The notes under the pieces: model-generated
Told to the model about the DNA's origin: nothing
Databases searched by the model: none
The model's input: only the letters and a program-made list of their open reading frames with translations
In this document: positions 25,044 to 33,106 of the stretch, piece by piece
How the letters are laid out: the number at the start of each line of letters is the position of its first letter
How positions within the stretch are numbered: position 1 is the first letter of the stretch
Origin: Methanoregula sp.
GTDB taxonomy: Archaea > Halobacteriota > Methanomicrobia > Methanomicrobiales > Methanospirillaceae
Reading direction: 5' to 3'
Assembly (NCBI RefSeq): GCF_041645475.1
Contig: NZ_JBAZQA010000002.1
Coordinates: 227,320 to 267,319, forward strand
Length of the DNA stretch: 40,000 bases
Position numbers and translations under genes: made by a program

Positions 25044-26903
25044 TCAAACGATGAATACAAACATCGCTACCGTTGCCGCGAGCAGGACGATGCTGTGCTT
25101 GAACCCGGCAAGGATGCTGTTCGAACTGAACTGCCCGGCCATGATGCCTGAGAACAGGCCAAGGATGATGCCGATCCCAAACATATCGGTGATATTCCGG
25201 GCAAGATTGAAATTGAGATTGTACGTTGTGAAACTCGACATGAACGGCCCGTTGAGCTGGTACGCCGTGTAGAGGTAAATGCCGAAGGACAGGTAAATGA
25301 TCATGACGTAAACGATCGCTGTATTGGATCGCTCGCGCTTCATCCGGAGATAATGTTCAAAGTCGGTAATGGCGATCAGGATTATCTGGCTTAAGTTGGA
25401 GGTGATCTCGCTCGCCTTGACCAGCAGCGAGATCGCCCGCTTGACCGAGATGAGGCCGATGCGCTCTTCCATCCGCACCAGGGCAAAATTGACATAGGCA
25501 CCGGTGCCGACATCCCGGGATACGTGCGAGAGCTCCGAGCTCAGAATGCCCAGTTTGGCGGAGGAGATCCGCGAGATGGCATCCGGCAGCGTGAGCCCTA
25601 TATCTTTCATGTCGGAGAGTTCCCGCAGGAATTCCGGAATATTCTTCTCGATATTATTAACATACCACCGGCGCCCTTCATACGCAAGTGAGACCGGTGC
25701 CATGAATCCGATCAGGATCAGGCAGATGGCCGCGTAGAATGCGTTTTTCGGGAAAACAGATTCGAATGAGCCCGTAAAAAGAACCATTACAAAAAGCCCG
25801 GCACAGGCAATGCCGGCAATAATCCCGTAGGTGTAATGGGAAATGTAGGTGCGAAGCGGGTGACGCAGCTGATCGCAGAGACGGAATCGCTTTTTCTTCG
25901 CCTCGATATGCTGGTAAAATTTCTGATCTCCCCGGGCATCTTCTGCCAGTACGGGAACACCCTCACCGGAATCATATTCCACGGTCCCGTGCCGGCTGAT
26001 CTCAAGATTTTCCGAAGGCAGCATGAGGGAGAGGATCCAGATCATGAGGATTGCGCCTGCAGGTATGCAGAGGTACATGAACGGCACGAGCCAGTCCATT
26101 GTTCCCGCGCTGGTCATGCCCTGTGCAACGATCATGATGATGAGCGCTATCGGCCCGGCGACAAAGGCCGAGACGTACACTTCGGCCATGATCTCGATCG
26201 TCTTGAGCACGAGGTCGAGTTCCCGCCGTGCCTGTTCATGGAAATAATCTGTTTTTGACGAGAGGTATGCGGTGATGTCGCCCCCCCTCTCAAAGACGAT
26301 GGTGAGGTCGTTGAGAAAATCCCGCATGACCGGCGAGGGGGTGGTCTGCTGGAGATTCTGCATGGCGGTTATCAGGTCGTCGCCAAACATCTCCACATCC
26401 CGCACGATCTGACCGAACTCACAGGAGACTTCCCCGAACATCGCCTTCTCTTCATAGATTCTTCGGATAACTTCGAACGGGGACATGGTTGTCGAGAGTG
26501 CCTGCATGTAGGAGACGGCATAGGAGAGTTCGAGATCGATCCGGGTCTGCCTGCCCCGGGCAAGAATAACCGGGTAATAGACCTGGAACAGGTACAGCCC
26601 GGGCACCATGCCAATGAACAACAGCACCCAGAAGAGGACCGGCGGGATGAATCGGAAGAGGCCGAAGTCGTAGCCGGTCGATGAGACCAGCGCGAAAAAT
26701 GCAAGGAAAATGGCAGCTGATGCTGCAAGATTGTTCCGGGTTCTGCGGAGGTACTGCCCTGCGGTCACCGGCAGGTGGGCCGACATGAGATCCCGGCCCA
26801 GGTGTGCGCCGATGAGGACCATCTCGAAATTCTCAAGACGGCTGCCGGTGCCTTTGAGGAACGACAAAACGCCCATATCAGTCACCGAGATCATGGATAG
26901 CAT
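25044..26903 (-). CDS. Type II secretion system F-family polytopic membrane platform protein (TadC/PilC/FlaJ-like)
   Basis: 619 aa with alternating cytoplasmic helical domains and multiple hydrophobic segments. It lies directly downstream of, and overlapping, the secretion ATPase, as in archaeal pilB-pilC pairs. Confidence 0.8.
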   Translation of the reverse strand: MLSMISVTDMGVLSFLKGTGSRLENFEMVLIGAHLGRDLMSAHLPVTAGQYLRRTRNNLAASAAIFLAFFALVSSTGYDFGLFRFIPPVLFWVLLFIGMVPGLYLFQVYYPVILARGRQTRIDLELSYAVSYMQALSTTMSPFEVIRRIYEEKAMFGEVSCEFGQIVRDVEMFGDDLITAMQNLQQTTPSPVMRDFLNDLTIVFERGGDITAYLSSKTDYFHEQARRELDLVLKTIEIMAEVYVSAFVAGPIALIIMIVAQGMTSAGTMDWLVPFMYLCIPAGAILMIWILSLMLPSENLEISRHGTVEYDSGEGVPVLAEDARGDQKFYQHIEAKKKRFRLCDQLRHPLRTYISHYTYGIIAGIACAGLFVMVLFTGSFESVFPKNAFYAAICLILIGFMAPVSLAYEGRRWYVNNIEKNIPEFLRELSDMKDIGLTLPDAISRISSAKLGILSSELSHVSRDVGTGAYVNFALVRMEERIGLISVKRAISLLVKASEITSNLSQIILIAITDFEHYLRMKRERSNTAIVYVMIIYLSFGIYLYTAYQLNGPFMSSFTTYNLNFNLARNITDMFGIGIILGLFSGIMAGQFSSNSILAGFKHSIVLLAATVAMFVFIV

Positions 26904-28953
26904 TCGCGAGATCGTGGATATCCGGGATGGGAACTTCGAGGGCGGTTATGAGAAACTCCTCGCGTTTTTTCAGGGCATCGGTCACCTGCTCAGGTGTCCA
27001 TCCCCTTATTGCCGCAATCTCGTCGAGAACCCGGGAGTGCCGGTATACTTTCCGGAATGCATCGCTGTTGACATCCCACTCGTACAATTTCCGGGGGAGG
27101 ATGGTATCCCCCTCCACCGCGATCTCATGGATGGCCTGGCAGCGGCGTATGCGGCTGTTGCCGTACGTTGACATCGACTGGTTGATCACCAGGTCGAGCG
27201 CGGTGAACATGACAGGCGGCACGCTGATGGGTTCATGGGTGAGCCGGTTGATCGTTTCCTGGACGCTGCCCGCATGGATTGTCGAGAGGGTTGCGTGGCC
27301 GGTATTCATTGCCTGGAAGAGCGTCTGGGCTTCCCTGCCCCGCACTTCCCCGACGATGATATACTCGGGGCGCTGCCGCATGGAGGATTTCAGGAGCGAG
27401 AAGAGATCGATATCTCCCTGCACTCCCGGGTTGCTGAGTTCCCGCGTCCGGGTGGCAAGCCAGTTACTGTGCGGGAGCTGGATCTCGTGGGTGTCTTCGA
27501 GCGATACGATCTTCGCGTTCTGGGGTATGAAGAGCGAGACCGCATTCATGGTTGAGGTCTTCCCGCTTGCGGTACCCCCGGCGATGACGAGGCTCCTGCG
27601 GTGCTCGATGACCAGCCAGAGAAATGCGAGGATCCCGGCGCTGTACGTACCGAACCGGATCAGGTCGAGGGGAGTCATCGGTTCGGCACGGAATTTCCGG
27701 ATCGTAAACGAACTGCCGTTCAAGGATACCACATTGCTGTACGTGACCTGGACCCGGGAACCCCCGGGAAGAGTTGCGTCCACCATAGGGTTTGTTAAGG
27801 AGATCTGTTTGTTGGCTTTCTGGGCAAGTTTTAAGACAAACTGGTTGAGTTCGCCTTCCCGGAAGAGGACACTCGTTGGCAGGCTGCCCCAGGTGCGGTG
27901 AAAGATGAAGACCGGCATGTTGTCCCCGTTGCAGCTGATGTCTTCGAGGGCCGGATCATGCATGAGGGCTTCGAGCGGGCCGAATCCCGAGAGATCGCGC
28001 CGCAGGTAGTAGGAGAGAACATCCAGCCGGTCAGCGGTTATCTCCGGGTGGAATTCCCGGATGAGGCGATGAATGAATATCTTGTCAAACGAGTCCCCTG
28101 CATTTTTTCCGGGGTTATCGTATACGATCACTTTTCGTAAGTGAATGGCAGTCTCGCGCAACACGATCTGCTCCCGGGGAGTGATCGCGGGCTCGACAAC
28201 GGTGTACGTAAATCCCTGGTTTTTCTGCCGGATTATCTTTATGTACACATGTGGGGCTTCGATCCAGTAGGTATCGAGCGTCCCGACAGCCCGCTCTTCC
28301 GGTAGTTCCGCATGAACCGGGCCGGGAAACGGCTTGTGTCCGGCAGTTATTGCCGGAGCCGTTTCCGACAGGACCGGCGCGGTTTGTATGACGGGTAGTA
28401 ATCGCTCCAGCTTTCCCGGACAGAACCGGAAGGTCAGGGCGACAGAGGCGAACGCCAGTAACACGAGCGAGAGGATCCCGAGAAGCGCAAGGAAGAGGAC
28501 CGGCATATCAATGAAGAGGCTGGTATATCCCGTGACGATCGCACCAATCCCGGATACCAGGATCAGTACATCGCCCCGGATAGTCCGGCATCCCATTGAC
28601 CGGGGAAGTCTGGTGATGAAGGCCGTGAGATCATGGAACCCTTTCCGTTCTGTATCCGAACGGGTTCGTGAGACCGGAGATATTCCGACTCCGTTGGGAG
28701 AGGGATTGGAGAGCCGGGCCCGGGCCGCAGCTGCAAACAAGATCAGCGCGGCAAGAGAGATGACGGACAATACGCCCATCAGGATAATGGGCATATCGAC
28801 GAAAAGCACAATGGCACCGGTCCCAAACGCAATGAGCGCAACTGCAATGAGAAGGACAAGCCCCTGTATCGTCCGGCTGGCAAGAGCTGCAATGGCATCC
28901 GGGAAATATTTTCTGGACCCGTCACGAGAACGCAAATATGCCGGAAGCATCAT
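26878..28953 (-). CDS. Type II/IV secretion-system ATPase (PilB/FlaI/TadA-like) with an N-terminal ~180-aa membrane extension
   Basis: Walker A IAGGTASGKTST, then PEYIIVGEVRGREAQTLFQAMNTGHATLSTIHA. The N-terminus has four hydrophobic segments arranged as two related units. ATGA overlap with the upstream gene supports the long start. Confidence 0.88.
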   Translation of the reverse strand: MMLPAYLRSRDGSRKYFPDAIAALASRTIQGLVLLIAVALIAFGTGAIVLFVDMPIILMGVLSVISLAALILFAAAARARLSNPSPNGVGISPVSRTRSDTERKGFHDLTAFITRLPRSMGCRTIRGDVLILVSGIGAIVTGYTSLFIDMPVLFLALLGILSLVLLAFASVALTFRFCPGKLERLLPVIQTAPVLSETAPAITAGHKPFPGPVHAELPEERAVGTLDTYWIEAPHVYIKIIRQKNQGFTYTVVEPAITPREQIVLRETAIHLRKVIVYDNPGKNAGDSFDKIFIHRLIREFHPEITADRLDVLSYYLRRDLSGFGPLEALMHDPALEDISCNGDNMPVFIFHRTWGSLPTSVLFREGELNQFVLKLAQKANKQISLTNPMVDATLPGGSRVQVTYSNVVSLNGSSFTIRKFRAEPMTPLDLIRFGTYSAGILAFLWLVIEHRRSLVIAGGTASGKTSTMNAVSLFIPQNAKIVSLEDTHEIQLPHSNWLATRTRELSNPGVQGDIDLFSLLKSSMRQRPEYIIVGEVRGREAQTLFQAMNTGHATLSTIHAGSVQETINRLTHEPISVPPVMFTALDLVINQSMSTYGNSRIRRCQAIHEIAVEGDTILPRKLYEWDVNSDAFRKVYRHSRVLDEIAAIRGWTPEQVTDALKKREEFLITALEVPIPDIHDLANAIHDLGD

Positions 28954-29837
28954 TCACCCCCGCTGTCGGGTCTCATGCCCGGGGGAAACCGCCGTACCGG
29001 TGTGGATGAAGGGACCGGTGTTATACCTGCCGAAGTCTGTTGTATCGTATTGATGTCCGGTGAGTCTCCGGTGATGACCGATACGGTCACATCGAGATAG
29101 TTGCCGGTCATCGTTACCTGGAACTGCCCCTCCCGGTAAATGGCAATATACCGGGGTCCCGCATAGGCAACGACCGTCCCGGTATTCTCGGTGGGATCAT
29201 CCCTGATTCCTGAATAAACCGTCCTGCCATAATTACCGGTGTCCGAACTATACTCCCCGGCATACCCGTTTTCAGCCACGATCTCATGGGTCTCGTTGTC
29301 CCGCACGGTTATGGTCAGGTACGGGCGGTTGACCGGGATGTTCAGGGTCCCCCTGCATGAGTCCGGATCTTTGAGGCAGTCGTGTTTGGGGGTGACGTTA
29401 TACCGGATGTAGAGCGGGCCCTGCACCACGTTCACATAGAGGCCCGCCGCACTCCCGTTCAGCGTGTATTTTTTGGTAAACGCCGGCTGCCGGTAGAGGA
29501 ATGGATATGATGACGTGGAATTAACCCGGACCCCGTGGATGACCGGGTAGGGATCGGGTGTTGGAACGGGTGTGAACTCCGATACCCCACTGGTTTTTAT
29601 TGGCGTGGGTTGTGACATGTGACTTTGTGGTGCGGGACGCGGTGTCTGCAGCGCAGGTGCCGGTGCGGTTGCATTTTCTCTTACCGGGTCTGAGCCGGAC
29701 GGTGTCACGATATATCCCCCTTCCGGGGATTTCGTGATCATATTGATACAACCGGCCGAACTGAGCATGAGCATGATGACCGTGGCAAGAATAACCGGGA
29801 TATACCTCACGGGGCTGTTCCTTTTTTCCGGGCTCAT
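28950..29837 (-). CDS. Secreted or lipoprotein-like hypothetical protein, first gene of the pilus-machinery operon
   Basis: From ATG 29837: MSPEKRNSPVRYIPVILATVIMLMLSSAGC is a signal/TM segment with a lipobox-like SAGC, followed by a Pro/Thr-rich linker. The 341-aa version from 29975 has an implausible leader. Confidence 0.5.
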   Translation of the reverse strand: MSPEKRNSPVRYIPVILATVIMLMLSSAGCINMITKSPEGGYIVTPSGSDPVRENATAPAPALQTPRPAPQSHMSQPTPIKTSGVSEFTPVPTPDPYPVIHGVRVNSTSSYPFLYRQPAFTKKYTLNGSAAGLYVNVVQGPLYIRYNVTPKHDCLKDPDSCRGTLNIPVNRPYLTITVRDNETHEIVAENGYAGEYSSDTGNYGRTVYSGIRDDPTENTGTVVAYAGPRYIAIYREGQFQVTMTGNYLDVTVSVITGDSPDINTIQQTSAGITPVPSSTPVRRFPPGMRPDSGGE

Positions 29838-30029
29838 GCGGTATCCCCCGCAGCATGGGTTTCCGACAGAATAATGAAGCACGGGATGCTGAGCAGGGCC
29901 CGGATGAAATGGATGAAACAATCTTTTTGCCGGTCTGATTTGCGAGTATAATCTGTCGACATTGTGCACTCTCATTACCCTGAAATCCCTGGAGCACTAA
30001 TGGGTTGGGCCGCCGAATTAATAAAGTTT

Positions 30030-30047
30030 ATTTGTTTTAAAACAAAT
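30030..30047. promoter_or_regulatory. Perfect 18-bp palindrome ATTTGTTTTAAAACAAAT in the divergent pilus promoter region
   Basis: Located in the AT-rich gap between the minus-strand machinery operon (start 29837) and the plus-strand pilin operon (start 30180). Confidence 0.3.
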
Positions 30048-30179
30048 TAAAATGATCAATTAAAATAGTTTTAACACAAGCTAATTTGTTCAAGTCATCT
30101 ACGGTTGGACCATGTGGTCACTGGCGCCCGCACGGGTGTCTTTACTCATCGCATGATGGCCAGGAATTGGAGATGAAGA

Positions 30180-30812
30180 ATGAAAAATAACAGAAAAACG
30201 GTACAGGAGCACGCAGTGTCGCCCGTTGTCGGCGTGATGCTGATGCTCGTAGTGACGATTATTATTGCAGCGGTTGTCTCCGCGTTTGCGGGGGGGATGG
30301 GATCCGGGGCCCAGAAGGCGCCGCAGGCATCGATTGAAGTAAAGATCGATTCTGCTGCCGATAACACCATGGGGTCATCCAGCACTGTGATGACATTTAC
30401 CGAACTCAGTGGCGATCCTATCCAGACAAAGGATCTCGCCATCATTACATATTACAAGAATAAGGCTGGAAAGACGTACAAGAACAAGCAGACCATAACC
30501 AGTCCTGCAACAGTACTCTATTCGTATCATACAAACACACCCACCAGAGTACCCTTTCTCAATGATATGAGATCCGGATATAACTATGACAATCCGGCAA
30601 CAATGGATTTCGGGAACTTCACGTGGAAAACCGGGGGCATACTCAGCACAGGTACTACTGCAGGAACGGCGTCTCTTCTTGCGATAAATTCCACTGCAAT
30701 ACCCGCGACCATCGCCGATAATGACTTTGGTCCCGGCAGTATCGTGGATGTCAAGATCCTCCACATACCCAGTGGCCAGTACATCTTCAACAAAGAGGTG
30801 ATTGTCCAATGA
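30180..30812 (+). CDS. Archaeal type IV pilin (DUF1628-type)
   Basis: MKNNRKTVQEHAVSPVVGVMLMLVVTIIIAAVVSAFAGGMGS is a class III signal peptide. GGAG lies upstream. Confidence 0.75.
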   Translation: MKNNRKTVQEHAVSPVVGVMLMLVVTIIIAAVVSAFAGGMGSGAQKAPQASIEVKIDSAADNTMGSSSTVMTFTELSGDPIQTKDLAIITYYKNKAGKTYKNKQTITSPATVLYSYHTNTPTRVPFLNDMRSGYNYDNPATMDFGNFTWKTGGILSTGTTAGTASLLAINSTAIPATIADNDFGPGSIVDVKILHIPSGQYIFNKEVIVQ

Positions 30813-31483
30813 TCCCGCATAAGGATGCAGCGGTATCGCCCGTTGTCGGCGTGATGCTAATGCTCGTTGTGACCATCATTATCGCCGCAGTTGTATCAGC
30901 ATTTGCCGGGGGTATGGGAAGCGAACAACATAAGACCCCTCAGGTGACGATAAGTGTCAGGAGTGATATTCATAATATCCAGGGCACCATTTCCCCGACT
31001 TCTCCTTATACTTTAACCTACCCGCCAGGGTTTACCGCTGCCAATGGTCTGCTGTTTGAGAATACCGGGGGAGACACTTTTACCCTCAATGATATTGAAA
31101 TTCAGTTGCAGCACGCAGATGTCATGTACCTCATCAAGCCGACCGACACACCATCTCCCGCGATTGCCTCGGAAGATTATCCCGGAAGCATCCTGACACC
31201 GGGGATCACAACAGGCGGGTACTTCGGGAAGATCGGGAACACCTCGACTTCGGATATCACAATCGCACCGGGTGACAAGTTCAAGCTTTATGCCGATGGT
31301 TGTGCACAGGCTGTCACCTACACGTGGGCAGGGGGTTCGAGTTATTACGGTCCGAAACTATCCTGGAGACCAACCGGCACAGAGAGAGGAATTGCATTCT
31401 ACCTGGACGATAAGATCCAATATAAACTCATTGACCGGGCCAGCAGCCGGGTTATGGCAACCGGTGAAGTTGTTCTGACATAG
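30809..31483 (+). CDS. Archaeal type IV pilin (DUF1628-type), paralogue of the preceding gene
   Basis: MIPHKDAAVSPVVGVMLMLVVTIIIAAVVSAFAGGMGS. The N-terminal 33 aa are identical to the upstream pilin. ATGA overlap. Confidence 0.75.
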   Translation: MIPHKDAAVSPVVGVMLMLVVTIIIAAVVSAFAGGMGSEQHKTPQVTISVRSDIHNIQGTISPTSPYTLTYPPGFTAANGLLFENTGGDTFTLNDIEIQLQHADVMYLIKPTDTPSPAIASEDYPGSILTPGITTGGYFGKIGNTSTSDITIAPGDKFKLYADGCAQAVTYTWAGGSSYYGPKLSWRPTGTERGIAFYLDDKIQYKLIDRASSRVMATGEVVLT

Positions 31484-31530
31484 CCCAAAACAAGGACTCA
31501 TTCCATTCTATTGTCAGGCTGGATCATCTT

Positions 31531-31562
31531 CCGGGGCGCCAGCCAGCCCCCGGGATTTTTTT
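31531..31562 (+). terminator. Hairpin CCGGGG-n11-CCCCGG followed by a T7 run after the pilin operon
   Basis: Stem 31531-31536 / 31548-31553, then TTTTTTT at 31556-31562. An oligo-T tract is the usual archaeal termination signal. Confidence 0.35.
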
Positions 31563-31605
31563 CCTGAACCAACCCGAGAACCCGAGATGTAAATGGAGGA
31601 TTATC

Positions 31606-31971
31606 ATGTCAAAAATCATCGGAATCAAACCCCAGCCGGCCACAAAACAGCTCATCGAAAAATTCGAAGACGAAGTGGTGATCCGGCACAACAACCAGCA
31701 ACTCATCGGCAACGTATACGTGGACATGCAGCCCGACCGGTGGGCGGTTGCATTCGCGTACAACTACACCCGCAGGCCCGGCATACACGGGCACGAGAAC
31801 CCGCTCGAAGTGCGGTATTCCTGCCCGGCGCAGGAACGCGGCAGCGTGCGTATGTTCCGCTCGGATACCGCGGATGAGAAATCCCTGGAGACCACGCCGC
31901 TCAAGGATGGCGATGAATTCATCCGGTATGTCCTTGCAGAGGAACGCTCGCAGGTCGGCAGGGCCGCATAA
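31606..31971 (+). CDS. Hypothetical protein
   Basis: 121-aa ORF with GGAGGA 8 nt upstream of the ATG and codon usage like its neighbours. No motif recognised. Confidence 0.5.
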   Translation: MSKIIGIKPQPATKQLIEKFEDEVVIRHNNQQLIGNVYVDMQPDRWAVAFAYNYTRRPGIHGHENPLEVRYSCPAQERGSVRMFRSDTADEKSLETTPLKDGDEFIRYVLAEERSQVGRAA

Positions 31972-32158
31972 CCGGGGGTATACGTACGACGTACGGATGT
32001 TCGCGGGGTACCTGCCGTGGCTGTAACCAGCCGTGCCGGATGACCGGCAGGCCCCGGACCCGGCATATCGGCTGCTTCCGCATTGCGAACCGGTGTGCAG
32101 CACCGGTGTTCCCCCGGGGGATCTGCTGAACCAGAAGAAAACGGAGTGACTGGATACT

Positions 32159-33106
32159 TTGACCCGAACCCTTCCCCTTATTCTTGGCATGATTGTCGCT
32201 GCAATCCTGACCATCATCCTCTGCACGTTCATCGGCCCGGCCGGCTTTGGGATACCGGCGGTTGGCCCCGGTACCGCAGATATCGTTGGCGGCATCCGGC
32301 TTCCCCGGGTTCTCTCCGCATTCTTTGTCGGTGCCAGCCTCGCGGTTGCCGGAGCCGCCATGCAGTCGCTCTTCCGGAACCCGATGGCCGATCCCTACAT
32401 CCTCGGCACATCGTCCGGCGGTGCGCTGGGCGCATCCATAGCCATCGTCTTTTTCGGGGGATTTTTCGTCCCGGTCTTTGCCTGGGCCGGCGCTGTTGTT
32501 GCGATCCTCCTCGTCTGGTCGATTGCCAGCCGTCAGGGCGTGGTCTCCGTAGAGACCCTGCTGTTGACCGGCATCGCGGTCTCGTTCTTCTTCTCGGCCC
32601 TTGTCTCGTTCCTGATTGCAATCGCCGGCCAGAACGTTCACCAGATCATCTTCTGGCTTATGGGCGGTTTCTGGAATGCATCGCCGTCCGACGCGATCCT
32701 GTCGGCCTGCATTCTTCTGCCGGCCGGTCTCCTCCTCTTCTTTATGGGCCGCGACCTCAACGCCCTCTCGCTTGGCGAGGAGACGGCAGCCCATCTCGGT
32801 ATCGACGCAACCCGGGCACGCTGGACGGTGCTTGGCGGCAGCACCCTGCTCGTTGCGGGAGCCGTCTCGATCGCCGGCTCAATCGGGTTTGTGGGTCTCG
32901 TCACTCCTCATGTGGTCCGGATGCTGTTTGGCCCGGATAACCGCATCGTAATCCCTGCCAGCATCCTCGCCGGCGGCATCCTTCTTGTCCTGTCCGACAC
33001 GCTTGCCCGCACGTTCTTCTCGGACCTGCCGGTTGGGATCATCACGGCTTTTATCGGCGCCCCGTTCTTCATCTGGCTCATCTACCAGCGGGGGTCGGTT
33101 ACATGA
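32159..33106 (+). CDS. FecCD/BtuC-family ABC transporter permease (corrinoid or iron-chelate type)
   Basis: RLPRVLSAFFVGASLAVAGAAMQSLFRNPMADPYILGTSSGGALGA and GSIGFVGLVTPHVVRML are hallmark FecCD motifs. The start is TTG 32159 or ATG 32189. Confidence 0.88.
   Translation: MTRTLPLILGMIVAAILTIILCTFIGPAGFGIPAVGPGTADIVGGIRLPRVLSAFFVGASLAVAGAAMQSLFRNPMADPYILGTSSGGALGASIAIVFFGGFFVPVFAWAGAVVAILLVWSIASRQGVVSVETLLLTGIAVSFFFSALVSFLIAIAGQNVHQIIFWLMGGFWNASPSDAILSACILLPAGLLLFFMGRDLNALSLGEETAAHLGIDATRARWTVLGGSTLLVAGAVSIAGSIGFVGLVTPHVVRMLFGPDNRIVIPASILAGGILLVLSDTLARTFFSDLPVGIITAFIGAPFFIWLIYQRGSVT

Noticed and set aside
26927-29053. ORFs 26927-27901 (324 aa) and 28334-29053 (239 aa) on the plus strand
   Set aside because: They are antisense to the secretion ATPase, which has unambiguous Walker and secretion-ATPase motifs. 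Their translations are low-complexity.
31972-32158. Cobalamin riboswitch upstream of the btuC-like gene (GCCGGATGACCGGCA resembles a B12 box)
   Set aside because: The match is partial and is explained by a simple palindrome. Core elements (the AGGGAA / GGTG..AA..CC region and GCCACTG) are absent, and cobalamin riboswitches are not an established archaeal feature.
31609-32940. Large ORFs in alternative frames or strands (31609-32361 minus, 31919-32794 minus, 32083-32940 plus)
   Set aside because: Their Arg/Pro/Gly-rich, low-complexity translations are typical of GC-rich non-coding frames. They overlap the clearly motif-bearing FecCD permease and the 121-aa ORF.
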